From NCBI RefSeq assembly GCF_009914755.1, contig NC_060925.1: a stretch of DNA of 64,000 nt. One strand, given 5' to 3'. A program made the translations under genes and the position numbers. The notes below the pieces were generated by a model that did not search any database, was not told the origin of the DNA, and worked only from the letters and a program-made list of their open reading frames with translations. Below, in pieces: positions 62,627 through 64,000 of this stretch (positions are counted from its first letter, which is position 1; every line of letters begins with the position of its first letter). Source of the DNA: the human T2T-CHM13v2.0 reference genome, Homo sapiens.

Positions 62627-64000
62627 CCTCAGCCACAGTGAAGCCCACATTGCCCCAGCGCAGGAACAGCCCCAGGAGGAGGCCCCGGCTGGCAGAGGCT
62701 GCCTTGCCTGCTGCTTAGCTCTCAGGAGGTCAACTCCCAGGCGAGCCGACCACAGACGCAGCAGCCAGGTAGAGCCTGCATCTTGCTGCCTCTGCCTGTA
62801 AACATGTCTCTGAACCTCTCTGAGCCGCAGTTTCCCCATCTATAAATGGGCCTAACAATAGTGCCTGCCTCATAGGGTTCTGTGAGGAGTCAATGAAGAT
62901 CAGCCACATAAGGGCTGAGTTCCTAGCAGCTGCCATTTTTATTAGCAGTAGTGGCAGTTGTATCATATCTTAAAGCGCCTGACACAAAGTGTGTCCAATC
63001 AGTGGTAGCTACGATGACGACAAAGATGATGACGAGGATGTTGCAGGGACTCGGTCATTGCTTGTCTCAAATTTCCTCACCAGGGTGTATCCAGTGCCTG
63101 CCAACCTGGGATGCCTCTAGTGAGGGGCATTGCTGCCTTCCTGGCAACACTGCCAGACCATCCTTTTGCTGAAAATTGCCTCCTGGAAGCCATCCCCCTA
63201 CCTGGCCCACCCAACTCCCCGCTCAGGATGATGCAGCTGGCCCAGCCTCTGGCCTCAGGCCCCTTTGTTAAAAGTCTGCATGAGAGGTCTCAGAGAAGGC
63301 TGGAGGACAGATCCAGCAGCTGGACTCATCCCTTTGCTGGAAGGGAAGGGAACCCGGGTGGCTTCCCAGGCAGGAGATTCTCAGTGGGTCTTGTTCTTGC
63401 TGCTCAAAGTTCCTTTTCTGCACACTGGGAAGAAATAAGTGAAAGAAAAAATCCCTGTGTTGTCTAAACCTCCCCTCATACCTCCGACCCAGGAATGGCT
63501 GGAGGCTGAAGAGGGAATATGATGGCCCAGAGTGACAAGCCCAGGAATGCTGGCATTCTAGTTGGCTCTGGTCCCACCTGCTGCCAGACACACCCATCTG
63601 TGTTTGTGGGTCCCGGGGTGAGTGCTTATGGGTCTGGCATCAAGGGGTCTGGTGAGGAAGGCAAGAGTCCAAGGCTTGGAGCCAAACAGTTTGGGCTCAC
63701 ACATTGGCTCAGCCCCGCACTACAGTGTGACCTCTGGCAAATCACTCTCCTGGCATCCATCCCAGCGTGGTGTTTGGGGAACACAGGAGATGTTACATGT
63801 GAAGAGGAAAGCGCAGGACCTGGCACGTGCTAAGTATCTATAAATGTTGCAGTGGGTATTATTATAAAGTGCAAGTCCCTCATTTCCCCGAGATGCTCTC
63901 TGCATCTGAGTGGGCCAGGGTGGCTGTGGGAGTGGGTTATGTCAGGCAGGATGATGTTCTGACCCACTTCTGGGTCAGCGGGCCAGGGCTTGAAGCGCCA

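Noticed and set aside
62100-64000. Exons of a further gene at the right end
   Set aside because: No recognisable coding sequence or convincing splice-bounded ORF; MIR fragments and unique non-coding DNA only

Overview
Human genomic DNA, recognised as the YARS1 - S100PBP - FNDC5 locus (1p35 region, identified from translated exons, not from a search). A CpG-island bidirectional promoter (~2.8-4.2 kb) drives YARS1 on the minus strand (only coding exon 1, MGDAPSPEEKLHLITRNLQ, is in the window) and S100PBP on the plus strand (five coding exons giving 408 aa, 3'UTR to ~44.67 kb). FNDC5 (irisin precursor) lies convergently on the minus strand: six coding exons give 212 aa from the non-AUG ATA codon, or 260 aa from an in-frame upstream ATG. 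Introns are dense in Alu, L1, L2, MIR and MER elements, and almost all ORF-track entries are repeat- or GC-derived noise. I found no convincing new gene system. The observations most worth checking are the FNDC5 start-codon, GC-donor and C-terminal splice peculiarities, candidate poison/terminal exons in both genes, a CARE, an RE1-like site and a divergent CTCF pair, an intergenic array of back-to-back hairpins, a 9-nt-spaced inverted Alu chimera, and three ultra-short poly(A) insertions with target-site duplications (TSDs). Repeat boundaries are approximate and subfamily calls are by eye.
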